In this document: in pieces, positions 18,928 through 27,894 of the stretch | Position numbering within the stretch: the stretch's first letter is position 1 | Layout: each line of letters starts with the position of its first letter | Virus record (IMG/VR): IMGVR_UViG_3300032308_002010 | Coordinates: 64,001-128,000 of that record | Reading direction: 5' to 3' (one strand) | DNA from: a virus | Length of the DNA: 64,000 nt | Program-made: the position numbers and the translations under genes | The notes under the pieces: generated by a model | Seen by the model: the letters and a program-made list of their open reading frames with translations, nothing else | The model's database searches: none | Told to the model about the DNA's origin: nothing

Positions 18928-19944
18928 TTAGCGCCCGAAAAGGCTCGGGACAACGGCGTGCATCATCCCGCCCCACAACCCCATGTCTTGTAATTTAGCC
19001 TGCCCGGCCGGGGTCAAACCAGCCATGGCCGACAACGCCTTACCAGCCACGGTAGCTGTAGCTAACCCGACACCAGCTGACGCAATCCCACGCACAACAT
19101 CAATTGGACGAATAATCGGCGAGCGCATGTTAGTGCTAATGCCGCTCATTAACCCGGTAGTCGCGGCCGCAAACTGCGGCGGCGTGTGGTTTTGAAAACC
19201 GCGATACATGCCCATATTCACGTCCTGCCACGCGGCGTTATTAAACTGCGGCACAAAAACAGTCGGCGCAAACATTGGGTTCGGCGCGCCAAACGAAGAC
19301 TTTTTACGCAGCTGCTCTTCATACGGATACACGACCGGCGTTTTGTTATTTGTCAGCAACCCGCGCAGCATGCTCGTGCGCAGCGCCTTCGAGTTGGCGT
19401 ACGAGTTTAAACCGGCCACACCGACTCCGCTTAGTGCGCCCATCAATCCAAGCGTGCGGCGCAGTTTGCCGCGCTCTAAATAGCGCTCGGGAAAAAACTG
19501 CTCAGCTAGCGTGCCGGCGCCGTAGCCCACCCCGCCAGCCAACAAACCAGTCATGATGCCGTTAGATAGCGGCGTCGGGCCGCCCAGCATTGCGTTGCCG
19601 GTGTTCCATACTGTCGGTAGGCCCGGCACCAAAGAACCGCGCTTTACCAAAATTTCTTCATTCCAGTCTGGCTGAACCTCGTCGTATAAAACGCTGGCTA
19701 AACCGCGTTCGCCGTCATAGATAGCCTGCTCGTAAACCGCGTACGCCTGCTTGTCGATCGGCCCAGCTGAATACAACGTAATTGCGTTGGTTTCGGGCCT
19801 CCACGTGGCGGCAGTGGTGGCCAAGATACCGGCTTTGAGCGCCGCTTGTTCATGCGCCACTTTTGTCCGTACTGCCGCCGGCAGAAGCGTTGTCACGCGT
19901 TCTGGAACAGTCTGCCACTCGTATAGTGTGGTCGCGGATTCCAT
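18928..19944 (-). CDS. Glycine-rich membrane-segment protein
   Basis: 338 aa; several Gly-rich hydrophobic helices. Confidence 0.6.
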   Translation of the reverse strand: MESATTLYEWQTVPERVTTLLPAAVRTKVAHEQAALKAGILATTAATWRPETNAITLYSAGPIDKQAYAVYEQAIYDGERGLASVLYDEVQPDWNEEILVKRGSLVPGLPTVWNTGNAMLGGPTPLSNGIMTGLLAGGVGYGAGTLAEQFFPERYLERGKLRRTLGLMGALSGVGVAGLNSYANSKALRTSMLRGLLTNNKTPVVYPYEEQLRKKSSFGAPNPMFAPTVFVPQFNNAAWQDVNMGMYRGFQNHTPPQFAAATTGLMSGISTNMRSPIIRPIDVVRGIASAGVGLATATVAGKALSAMAGLTPAGQAKLQDMGLWGGMMHAVVPSLFGR

Positions 19945-19947
19945 TGT

Positions 19948-20217
19948 TTACCGATTAAGCGCAAATAAGAATTTTACAAACACTAACAACCACGCCAAAA
20001 AACCGCTGATAGCAAAAAAAACAACAACCCCGCTGGCGCCGACAGCGCGACCCAGCTTTTCAATTGGAATGTCTTTCAGCAATCGCCACGCCTTGAGATA
20101 ATCAACGGCGGCCGGCGGACTTGTCGGCGTCGCTGGGGTCGGCGCCGGGTCTGGGTTAGTCGGCTTCTTTTTGCGCCATAAAAACGAATTCAAACTATCG
20201 AGGAGCGAGTTTGCCAT
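19948..20217 (-). CDS. Small C-terminal TM protein
   Basis: Likely start MANSLL at 20217; hydrophobic C-terminus. Confidence 0.55.
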   Translation of the reverse strand: MANSLLDSLNSFLWRKKKPTNPDPAPTPATPTSPPAAVDYLKAWRLLKDIPIEKLGRAVGASGVVVFFAISGFLAWLLVFVKFLFALNR

Positions 20218-21661
20218 TTGGTTTCCCCCAGTTTTGAATCGTGTCAAAGATATCATTGCCGTAAAGCTGCGTAGCTTTGTCAAACGTGTTCATTCGCGGT
20301 AGCGTTCCAAGCGCGGCAGCTTGCGCCATCTGATAGCGATAATTTGGATCAAGCGCTGTGCGGTAAATATGCGATTTTTGTCGCGCGGCCAGAATAAAGT
20401 CACCGCGCTGTTTGGCCTTCAACAAGTGATCAGTAACGTTTGCAAACACCGGCTTGTTGTGGTCGTAAACAAACGGCGTACGAAAATCGAGCAGGTTACG
20501 AAACTGCTGCGCGTATACGCTGCCGGTCGCCGCTTTGACCTGCGAGCTAATCACACCGCCGGGAGCATGAAACCGAAACTTTGTCGGCGCGTGTGTGATG
20601 CCTTTGTATTTTGGCTTTGGGTCATCTACGTGCCAGTCTTGCGGCGATTGCGCAATCAGTCGCCGCAGGATTTCGTGCTTGCGGTCATACTCGCGGCGAT
20701 CAGAGTGCGTTTTTGCCGCACGTAGCTCGTCGAGGATGTTGGGTTTCTTTGCCTTGGGCTGTGCTTCTGCGCCCTTCTCTATTTCTTTGATTTTTTCGTA
20801 GTACTGCGGATCTTCGGACAGGTGATCCTTGGCAATTTCTTTGGCAACTTGATCGTCTCTTGTGTGCTCGTGCTCATGTTTAGCTCCTTCGGCTAAAGCA
20901 GGTTCAGAAAAGTCCCGATCGGGTAAATTATCGCCCGCGCCACCCTGTAACAAGTCTTTTTTTACCGTGCGGGAAAGATTTTCGTCCCGGTCGGGTATAT
21001 TGCTGGCGGCTTTGAGTTCTCCCCTACTGACGGGGTTACTAAACCTATGCCCTTCGGCGCTTTCGGCAGGGGTTTCGTAACCCTTGGCTTTGCCGTTATC
21101 GAGCAGTACGCCTTTTCGGCGCGCAGCGACTGTGATGTGAAACGGATGGTCGTCGTTCTGGAGCGCCGATAAACCGTAACTCTTGCGCAGTGCTGATAGG
21201 GCCGGGCTACTTATTTGAATCGCCCAGACTTTGCTTACGCCGTCAACGTTTTTGACGTCAATCTCTTTCAGCCCGCCCAACGTGTAGCCAAACATGTGGC
21301 CGCGCTCATTGATCTTGTCGGCACCGATAGCTGCTACTTCATCGGCATTCATGACCGATATATGCGCATTAACGATGTGAGACTCGACGTTTGGGACGTT
21401 GAACACACCAGCTGTTGGAAGCTCTGCACCCGGCTCGACTAGCGCGTCAAATACGCCGCGCACAAGGGCGTTCGGTACAGATAACAAAAGCCAGCCGGAT
21501 TTGGCGAGGTAGAGGCGGCCGGCAAGGGGATAACTCGTCGCGGCTTGCTTGTTACCGCCGCGGTAAAGCCAACCGAGCGCGTTGCCGGCTGAATAGGCCG
21601 GATGCTCGCGGAAATACTGCGGGTCCCAAGCGAGCGGGTCGAGTGCTGAGAGGCTGTCCAT
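20195..21661 (-). CDS. Modular protein: 2H phosphoesterase + DUF5661-like + further modules
   Basis: Two HxS/T motifs (NAHISVM, PFHITVA); 'EHEHTRDDQVAKEIAKDHLSEDPQYYEKI' module. Modules are separated by KQAA, LKAA, EKGA and VKAA. Confidence 0.7.
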   Translation of the reverse strand: MDSLSALDPLAWDPQYFREHPAYSAGNALGWLYRGGNKQAATSYPLAGRLYLAKSGWLLLSVPNALVRGVFDALVEPGAELPTAGVFNVPNVESHIVNAHISVMNADEVAAIGADKINERGHMFGYTLGGLKEIDVKNVDGVSKVWAIQISSPALSALRKSYGLSALQNDDHPFHITVAARRKGVLLDNGKAKGYETPAESAEGHRFSNPVSRGELKAASNIPDRDENLSRTVKKDLLQGGAGDNLPDRDFSEPALAEGAKHEHEHTRDDQVAKEIAKDHLSEDPQYYEKIKEIEKGAEAQPKAKKPNILDELRAAKTHSDRREYDRKHEILRRLIAQSPQDWHVDDPKPKYKGITHAPTKFRFHAPGGVISSQVKAATGSVYAQQFRNLLDFRTPFVYDHNKPVFANVTDHLLKAKQRGDFILAARQKSHIYRTALDPNYRYQMAQAAALGTLPRMNTFDKATQLYGNDIFDTIQNWGKPNGKLAPR

Positions 21662-21675
21662 AGCGCGCTTTCAAA

Positions 21676-21747
21676 CTGCCTGAGTAGGACTCGAACCTAC
21701 AACCCCAGCATTAACAGTGCCGTGCACTACCATTGTGCTATCAGGCA
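21676..21747 (-). tRNA. trnN: tRNA-Asn(GUU)
   Basis: Full cloverleaf TGCCTGA...TCAGGCA-G; anticodon loop CT-GTT-AA; T-loop TTCGAGT; no encoded CCA. Confidence 0.92.
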
Positions 21748-21884
21748 AATGATGTCACGGGGTCGCGCTAATATTTGGTGTCGGGATGCTTCCCACTGCG
21801 TGATGTGATACCGCAGCCGACGCAGACGCCAACAGCAGCAGGCAAAACACGGCGGAAGCGCCCCACGCGGCTACGCTCAATTGT

Positions 21885-22241
21885 TTACGGACGGTCATTG
21901 TCATGTTCGTGCTCCAGTTTTTGATCACGCTCGTGCACAATGGTTACTTTGATGCCGGCCCCTGCCAATAGCGATATTGCCAGATCCGTTAAAGTTGAAC
22001 CGCCCATACCTGCTAGCACGCAAATGCCGATCAGGCCGTGGACGTTTTCTGCTTTCCGATAGTTTTGATACCAAATCAGGGCAATGGCGAGGCCGAGAAA
22101 CCCGGCGTTCAGCATGGCACTGACCACAGCTAGTTTAGACAGTTTCTTGGCAAACCGCAAAAGCGTTGCCAGCCCGGCAAACGCCGCCGCACCAAATGCG
22201 CTAGAAAGCACCGACAACGAATGTAATGTTTCGTCGCCCAT
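21885..22241 (-). CDS. Holin-like (LydA-type) 3-TM membrane protein
   Basis: 118 aa; three hydrophobic helices with 'AGFLG' and 'LAGMGG' patterns. Confidence 0.5.
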   Translation of the reverse strand: MGDETLHSLSVLSSAFGAAAFAGLATLLRFAKKLSKLAVVSAMLNAGFLGLAIALIWYQNYRKAENVHGLIGICVLAGMGGSTLTDLAISLLAGAGIKVTIVHERDQKLEHEHDNDRP

Positions 22242-22274
22242 GATTTATAACCGCCTGTCATTGTTAGTGTTATA

Positions 22275-22502
22275 AATTGTGTCAAAAGCCCCTGCGATCC
22301 CCTGTCCGCAGGACCTATCACAGCCGAAGCTGTGATTCTGCAGCAACTTTCAAGGACATATTTTCGTCCCGTGTGGCATTTGCTGCTCCTCCGCCCGTGA
22401 GCCCGACAAAATCTGACCACGGAACCTGTAACCCCCGCGGCATCCCTGCCTTAGAAGCTACGCCTAACCAGCCGACCACCACGGCTAACTTTTGACACAA
22501 TT
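22275..22502 (-). ncRNA. Unassigned structured ncRNA candidate (~228 nt)
   Basis: Perfect 14-bp terminal inverted repeat; internal 8-bp C(UUCG)G hairpin and four or more further helices; intergenic. Confidence 0.7.
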
Positions 22503-22578
22503 ACAGTTTAACATGTTCTACGCAGCACAAGAGCATGCCGAATAAAACCGCCGCGACAAATTGTCAAAGAACGCGCAG

Positions 22579-23031
22579 TTAAATGTAGCTCGCGGGAGAA
22601 TTACTGCACAGACCAGCTGGCTCAAATTTCTCGACCCAGCCCGGCAACGTTTCTGGGAGAAACGCAATTGCCCGCGGCGCCAACTCGTGCGGGGCGGGCG
22701 TCCAAATAAATTGCGCGCTTGTCAGTGTGGGAGTAGCGCTGTCAAAAAGCGCATGCGCGCCTACATTGCACAGCGCGTCGAGCGTTTCGCAGTCAAAGCA
22801 GCGCGACCAGACACGCTGCTTAGAGAAAAACCCCGGCGGAGCAATGTTGAACCCGCCGTCAAAAGGCAGTAAAAAACTACCCTGATGAAACACGACGTTT
22901 ACGCACACGTGCCAGCCGGCGTCTAACGTAGCTTTGAGATAAGCCAGCCGATTTTCTTTCTCTGGCTGCGACCCGTGAATGTTACCAAGATTGGCAATTA
23001 AAATACCGTCAAATCGAGTGTGCCGCGCCAT
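22579..23031 (-). CDS. Degenerate glycerophosphodiester phosphodiesterase-like protein
   Basis: 'ILIANLGNIHGSQPEKENRLAYL...GWHVCVNV' follows the phage GDPD pattern, but with the catalytic H and E-x-D replaced. Confidence 0.5.
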   Translation of the reverse strand: MARHTRFDGILIANLGNIHGSQPEKENRLAYLKATLDAGWHVCVNVVFHQGSFLLPFDGGFNIAPPGFFSKQRVWSRCFDCETLDALCNVGAHALFDSATPTLTSAQFIWTPAPHELAPRAIAFLPETLPGWVEKFEPAGLCSNSPASYI

Positions 23032-23118
23032 ACCTGCTTCCCTGACTTGTTAACAACTGCCACGTTTTTGTATGTGGCGTATCGTACCCGTGACCACGAT
23101 GTGTGTCCACGAGAAGCG

Positions 23119-24153
23119 TCAAAGAATTTTGGCGGCGATTAGGCAGCCACGCGCAACAGCGTGCAGCGGGTCTTTCGCGTGACGAACTTCCTTCACAGGT
23201 AGAGGAAAACCGTTCTCTTCCAACTTCTTGGTGAACATTTCAACGAAGCCTTTAGCGCGCGTAGTGCCGCCAGCTAAAGATATCAGAATCGGTTCTTTGA
23301 ACTTCGGCAGCGCTTTGTGGTCACGAAGCGCAGAGGCGAGCTGCTTTGTTGTGTAATCAATTAGACGCTCGTAATACACGCTCACGGCGGCCAGAATAGC
23401 GTTATCGCCACCGCCTTCGCCGATGACAAACGTGCCGTGCTCTTTCTCAGCTTGCACTACCGAATCCGGCTCATTCGTCGCTACAGCGGTCATGCGATCG
23501 ATCCAGTCACCGGACTTTGTCGTCGAGAATAGCACCGTAGGCTCGCCGTTGAGCATGACGCAGACGTTCACCATGCCGGCACCCCACGACAGGCCGATGC
23601 CGGTGTAATCATCGTGCTCTAGCTCTGAGTAGCACAGCGCCTCGGCTTCGTTAATAGCGCGGGCGGCGTATCCCTGCTCGGCTAACACAGTGCGCACGAC
23701 GTCTTCGTGATACGCCACGTCGAAATCGTCATCCTCTTGGTCGACGGGTTGCGCGGGTACGCAAAAGATAAGCTTTTCATTAGGTTGGCCAGCTGTTCCG
23801 ACCACTTCCTTGAGAATAAACGCCAGCACGCGCTTCGCTTCTTTCTCTTTGGGGCTGACCACGCCACGAAACATGGGGCGTTTGGCCGAGTCGTTGCGCT
23901 CGACAGCCTTCTCGATGGCGTCTTGGCCGAGAATGATAAAGCTCCCGTCAGCGTCCTTGACGAAGACTTTGCCCTGCAGCCCCTTCTCAATCATTTTTGT
24001 AGCTACAGGCGTCGTCGGCTTGATGACGTAAAAAGCGTCGCGAAAGTCTTTGTATTGCACATTGCCAACCACGTGCGGGTCGGTCGTGGAGTTTGCGGCG
24101 GCGTCTTGGGCCAGCACGATAAACGATGTTCCAACGTCGAGACCTTTAGCCAT
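23119..24153 (-). CDS. Actin-like ATPase (MreB/MamK/FtsA superfamily)
   Basis: Phosphate-1 'GLDVGTS', connect-1 'INEAEA', phosphate-2 'SWGAGMVNV', adenosine 'AGGTT', connect-2 'AVARG'. Confidence 0.88.
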   Translation of the reverse strand: MAKGLDVGTSFIVLAQDAAANSTTDPHVVGNVQYKDFRDAFYVIKPTTPVATKMIEKGLQGKVFVKDADGSFIILGQDAIEKAVERNDSAKRPMFRGVVSPKEKEAKRVLAFILKEVVGTAGQPNEKLIFCVPAQPVDQEDDDFDVAYHEDVVRTVLAEQGYAARAINEAEALCYSELEHDDYTGIGLSWGAGMVNVCVMLNGEPTVLFSTTKSGDWIDRMTAVATNEPDSVVQAEKEHGTFVIGEGGGDNAILAAVSVYYERLIDYTTKQLASALRDHKALPKFKEPILISLAGGTTRAKGFVEMFTKKLEENGFPLPVKEVRHAKDPLHAVARGCLIAAKIL

Positions 24154-24155
24154 GA

Positions 24156-24527
24156 TTACTTCCCTTTTAGTTGCGCGAGCTTGGACACAGACGAACTAAT
24201 ATCATCCTGTGTTTGGATCGTTTTGCCAAGTTCGAGTTGTTGCGTTTTTTGCAACTTGTCTGTGTTAATTTCGCCTACGTACTTACCCGTATCAATCTCG
24301 ATCTTTGCTTTACCTATTACGCTGTCTTTTTCTTTCATGGCTGCGCGCAACGTATTTGCCGCAGGAGCAACCGACGCCGGAGTATACTCGTGTTTCGTTG
24401 CGGGTCCGGCAAAACGCACAATCAGTAAATCTACGCGCCCAATCACGTAACCAAACGCAAAGCTGAAAAAAACACAGAGAAAAAGCGTAGAGTACGTCAG
24501 TGTCAGCATGTTTCGGGCTTGCGCCAT
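24156..24527 (-). CDS. N-terminal TM protein cotranscribed with the actin homolog
   Basis: 123 aa; TM helix then a soluble tail; 2-nt gap to the actin start. Confidence 0.6.
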   Translation of the reverse strand: MAQARNMLTLTYSTLFLCVFFSFAFGYVIGRVDLLIVRFAGPATKHEYTPASVAPAANTLRAAMKEKDSVIGKAKIEIDTGKYVGEINTDKLQKTQQLELGKTIQTQDDISSSVSKLAQLKGK

Positions 24528-25207
24528 CCTCGGTGTGATTTAATACGCCCGGCGTTTACGCTACGCATGTGGCAGTCGCGCAGTCCGTTGTGCCGGCAAA
24601 AGTCCTTAAGATTGTGAATGATAACTAAATCGCCGTCGGGGTTGAGGAAGTTATACGTTTTGGAGTACTTCGCTCGAATGGCGTTGCGGCCGCGTGCGCG
24701 CAGCTCTTGCATGCGTTTTTCTGGAATAGCGTGCACGCCTGTTTTCATTTCTGCGGATTTTGTGCCGCCGATGCTTGCCCATTTCTGCCGCGTCGCCGGG
24801 TCCATACCAGCAAAGCCAGAACCACTATTTTGAGAGCGCTCTAGGGCTAGTTTGCGCTGGGCATCTGTGAGCAAAAATCGTCCGGCAGCGTTGCGATTGA
24901 GGCACATGTCCGGGCCTAGATACTTTGTGTCGGCATGTGCTGTTTTGATCAAAGCGGTTTCAGCTTTGGATAACTCCGTCGCGGCTTTTTTTGACTCTCT
25001 GCGATATTGCGCGTGCAACACGACTTTAATCGCGTCAGATTGATATTCAAGATGCGCGGAGTCGTTGTAATGCGCAAACGTAACCGGCGAGCCAAAATAC
25101 TGATGGTCGTCTTCCGGGCGGCGGTCCGTAATCCGCGAACCGTAATAAAATTTGTACCCCAGCGACGGGTACAAAATTACATACAGATAGTACCAGCGTT
25201 TACGCAT
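24503..25207 (-). CDS. GIY-YIG-type (Seg-like) homing endonuclease with NUMOD C-terminus
   Basis: 'YYLYVI...KFYYGSR...YFGS', E in 'SKAETALI'; C-terminal 'NLKDFCRHNGL...SHRGW'. Confidence 0.7.
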   Translation of the reverse strand: MRKRWYYLYVILYPSLGYKFYYGSRITDRRPEDDHQYFGSPVTFAHYNDSAHLEYQSDAIKVVLHAQYRRESKKAATELSKAETALIKTAHADTKYLGPDMCLNRNAAGRFLLTDAQRKLALERSQNSGSGFAGMDPATRQKWASIGGTKSAEMKTGVHAIPEKRMQELRARGRNAIRAKYSKTYNFLNPDGDLVIIHNLKDFCRHNGLRDCHMRSVNAGRIKSHRGWRKPETC

Positions 25208-25280
25208 ACACTGAATCCGTTCAGCGCGAGTTTTCAGCCAAATCCTTTTGACTGCCGGTGTTTTAATTCCCGGACTGGAA

Positions 25281-25505
25281 CTATTTTAACAATTTGTGCG
25301 CGATAGGCGGAACTACCATATATGTAAGCGCGATCGCAATTAACCACAAAATAGAGATTACAACGCGCCGAATACGCATGTTTGTATGCCAATAACGCGC
25401 CCTGATTTCGGCGGGGTCGTGCAGCTGCATAAGTCGCGCGTCGAAAGCAATCCGTTCTTCTTCAGTGCGGATTGGCCGCGGTTCCCAAGGCATATAGCGA
25501 CTCAC
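25281..25505 (-). CDS. Small C-terminal TM protein
   Basis: 74 aa; start overlaps the dCMP deaminase stop. Confidence 0.5.
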   Translation of the reverse strand: MSRYMPWEPRPIRTEEERIAFDARLMQLHDPAEIRARYWHTNMRIRRVVISILWLIAIALTYMVVPPIAHKLLK

Positions 25506-25990
25506 ACTTCAATTTGTTTTCCGTCGCGTAACACAAAGACGCCCAGCTTTTCTTCCAGCCGGCGATACACGACACCAGCCTCACGCAGCATCTCGTCGCC
25601 GCGGTCGCAGCTCTCTTGCCACGAACCGTGTGCTGGTACATGCGCGAGCCCGATCACTTCGGTAATCCCCGCGCAGATAATTGCGCGCGCACAATCAGCG
25701 CAGGCAAACCACGGGCAGTACAGCGTGGCGTGCTTTGTCGGCATTCCCATCTTAGCCGCGTGATAAATAACATTACGCTCGGCATGCTCGATGTAGGCGT
25801 ATTTCAGCGGACGCTGCAGCCGCGCATCATTCTTTTTGACGTTAGCTGGCAGGCAGTTGGCGGCAGAGATAATGTCGCCACGCGGCGTCACCAGCACAGC
25901 GCCATTCTGGGTATGAATATCGTCGGCCTGCGTGGTTGCGACGTGGCAGGCAATACGTAGATAAAACAACGGGTCGACAGCGTTTGGCAT
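25502..25990 (-). CDS. dCMP deaminase
   Basis: 'HAERN' and 'ACADCARAI' Zn motifs; likely start MPNAV at 25990. Confidence 0.9.
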   Translation of the reverse strand: MPNAVDPLFYLRIACHVATTQADDIHTQNGAVLVTPRGDIISAANCLPANVKKNDARLQRPLKYAYIEHAERNVIYHAAKMGMPTKHATLYCPWFACADCARAIICAGITEVIGLAHVPAHGSWQESCDRGDEMLREAGVVYRRLEEKLGVFVLRDGKQIEV

Positions 25991-26011
25991 AGTTGTAATA
26001 AGACGCGGGCT

Positions 26012-26240
26012 GAATACTGGCAGCAGGACCGCTCGTGTCCCGCTTATGCTCGTGTAACGTTGGGGCGAAGGAGGCGCTTGGAAACGTTTGAAACCCGACA
26101 ACCAGTATTCGGCACCACGGCTAACCAAGTGCAGTGCGAACACCGGGAGGACAACCGGTGTTCTGCGGCGTCACGTCCGGGCTGGCGCAGAACGGACGGG
26201 AGTGATCCGTTCGCAGCGCATTCCGGCCACCATGCCGCAA
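26012..26240 (-). ncRNA. Structured leader/ncRNA candidate upstream of dCMP deaminase
   Basis: Helices of 9, 8 and 7 bp (26012-20/26102-10, 26139-46/26155-62, 26190-96/26206-12). Most G.U wobbles favour the minus strand. Confidence 0.5.
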
Positions 26241-26267
26241 CTCTCCCGCATGTATGTATCTGTTGAC

Positions 26268-26708
26268 TTATAAGTCACCCATAATCCGGCGCATCTTTTC
26301 GCAGTCTTCGTAGCTGTCTTCCAGCTGATTTTCATAGAAGATCGTGAGGTACGCGGCCACAGTGGGATGTGCGCCAGCCAACGCGTCCAGCTCGTTAATA
26401 CGCTTGGCGTAGTTATCGGCCACGGCGGTTTCTAGCTGAATCGCGTGGGCCAAGATGTCACTGATATTCGTGTACTTCGGAAAACTGTGGCCGTCAGACG
26501 TGGGCATCTCATAGTTCAACCCAAACAAGCGATGCGTGAACTGCAGGACATGCTCTAACTCGCCCTTAGCCGCTTCGTGCAGAAACTCTCTGTACTCTTC
26601 GGCGTGCAGGCCCGTCACGGCACCAGCGTGATACAGGTAGAACTGCAGATGTGTCCACTCGTTGCGCAAATCGGCGTTCATCTTCTCAACGAATTCTGAC
26701 AGAGTCAT
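26268..26708 (-). CDS. Ferritin-like (bacterioferritin/Dps family) protein
   Basis: Four-helix pattern with 'NEWTHLQFY', 'ELEHV', 'QLETAVADNY' and 'EDSYEDCE'. Confidence 0.7.
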   Translation of the reverse strand: MTLSEFVEKMNADLRNEWTHLQFYLYHAGAVTGLHAEEYREFLHEAAKGELEHVLQFTHRLFGLNYEMPTSDGHSFPKYTNISDILAHAIQLETAVADNYAKRINELDALAGAHPTVAAYLTIFYENQLEDSYEDCEKMRRIMGDL

Positions 26709-27241
26709 AACAACTGCTCCTTTAAGTATGCCGCCAACCGTTCGGCCTGCGGTATTTCTTCTTTGACAATCTGGTCGAAGCAGACCGCGCCGTACTGCCG
26801 AAAGATCTGCACGTTATTTACGAACCAGCCCATATGGTACCCCTGCCGCATAAAGTTGCAAAGGTGATTTGTCGCCTCTTCGTCGTACACGTAGTTGTGG
26901 CAGCCGAACTTGTGCGCCCAGTATTCACGCGGCTGGCAATTAATGTGTCCGTGCCCGCCCTGTCCGGGTTGCGCGGCGCTAAAAATAACTGTCGGCGCCG
27001 TGTTGACTAACTTCTGTACAAACGCGTCGGCAAGCTCTGGATTGATGTGCTCGGCAACTTCGAGACACAAGCAGATATCATAATTTCGATACATGTCGAA
27101 CTGCGCGTCGAATACGCTGAGTTTGTCGTGCGGGCAGCGCGGATCAGGGTCAACTCCATCTACGGTAAACCCGGCGGCGCGGAGGGCGTCGACATAGATA
27201 CCGGGGCCGCAACCGACGTCAAGAACGCGCATTGAAGTCAC
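26705..27241 (-). CDS. Class I SAM-dependent methyltransferase
   Basis: 'VLDVGCGPG', 'LCLEVAEHI', 'IFSAAQPGQGGHGHINCQ'. Confidence 0.85.
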   Translation of the reverse strand: MTSMRVLDVGCGPGIYVDALRAAGFTVDGVDPDPRCPHDKLSVFDAQFDMYRNYDICLCLEVAEHINPELADAFVQKLVNTAPTVIFSAAQPGQGGHGHINCQPREYWAHKFGCHNYVYDEEATNHLCNFMRQGYHMGWFVNNVQIFRQYGAVCFDQIVKEEIPQAERLAAYLKEQLL

Positions 27242-27890
27242 CAGCAGCGAGAGCGTGTAATCCAGCTAAATCGGCGGGCGGGGCGCGCATCTTAGATACC
27301 GGCGCATTCCAACAATCCCACTTGTATTTCCAACCGTTTTGGCTCGTGGGATCGACGTCGCCTTTGCTGCCGAACGTAGCGATATCAAAAAACTTCGCCT
27401 TGGGCATGAAACCCAGCAGCCACGCCCGCTCGCAGTCTTTGTGAATGCGGGCGAAGCAGTACCAGTCGCAAAGCTGTCGGATGTTCGCGTCGCAGACCGT
27501 GCAGTTATAGAACCCGCGCGGCGTCTCAGCGTAATTCTGCAGCTTCGTTTTGACGTCTATGCGCCCCAAGATCTGGTCGCGCAGATCCCAGTGATATATG
27601 TCGTCGCCAAGCGAGCGTTCCCACTGTTGCGCGTAGAAGTCGTGCACAACTTCCTCGCCCAAGAGGCCCGTAAACACACCGTAGCCGGCGCGGATCGAGT
27701 CGTTTAAATGTGCGCGGCCATACTTTGACAGCAGCCGCTTTTCCATCTCATCCACCCGCGCGAGCGCCCGTTCTAGCTGCGCATCGGTAATGGGCACTTC
27801 AATAACATGCTGCGTTAATACAGCAGAAGTCATACGCGTCCTTTCACTTCGGGGTGGGCGAAGTGTAACGCGCATGTTCAATACACGCAA
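27219..27890 (-). CDS. Putative PD-(D/E)xK nuclease-like protein
   Basis: 'GLLGEEVV...WD...IDVKTK' pattern. Confidence 0.45.
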   Translation of the reverse strand: MRVLNMRVTLRPPRSERTRMTSAVLTQHVIEVPITDAQLERALARVDEMEKRLLSKYGRAHLNDSIRAGYGVFTGLLGEEVVHDFYAQQWERSLGDDIYHWDLRDQILGRIDVKTKLQNYAETPRGFYNCTVCDANIRQLCDWYCFARIHKDCERAWLLGFMPKAKFFDIATFGSKGDVDPTSQNGWKYKWDCWNAPVSKMRAPPADLAGLHALAAGDFNARS

Positions 27891-27894
27891 TACG

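Noticed and set aside
22380-22420. SRP RNA domain IV-like AGCAG segment in the 228-nt RNA
   Set aside because: It lacks the CAGG partner and a proper GNRA-capped symmetric loop.
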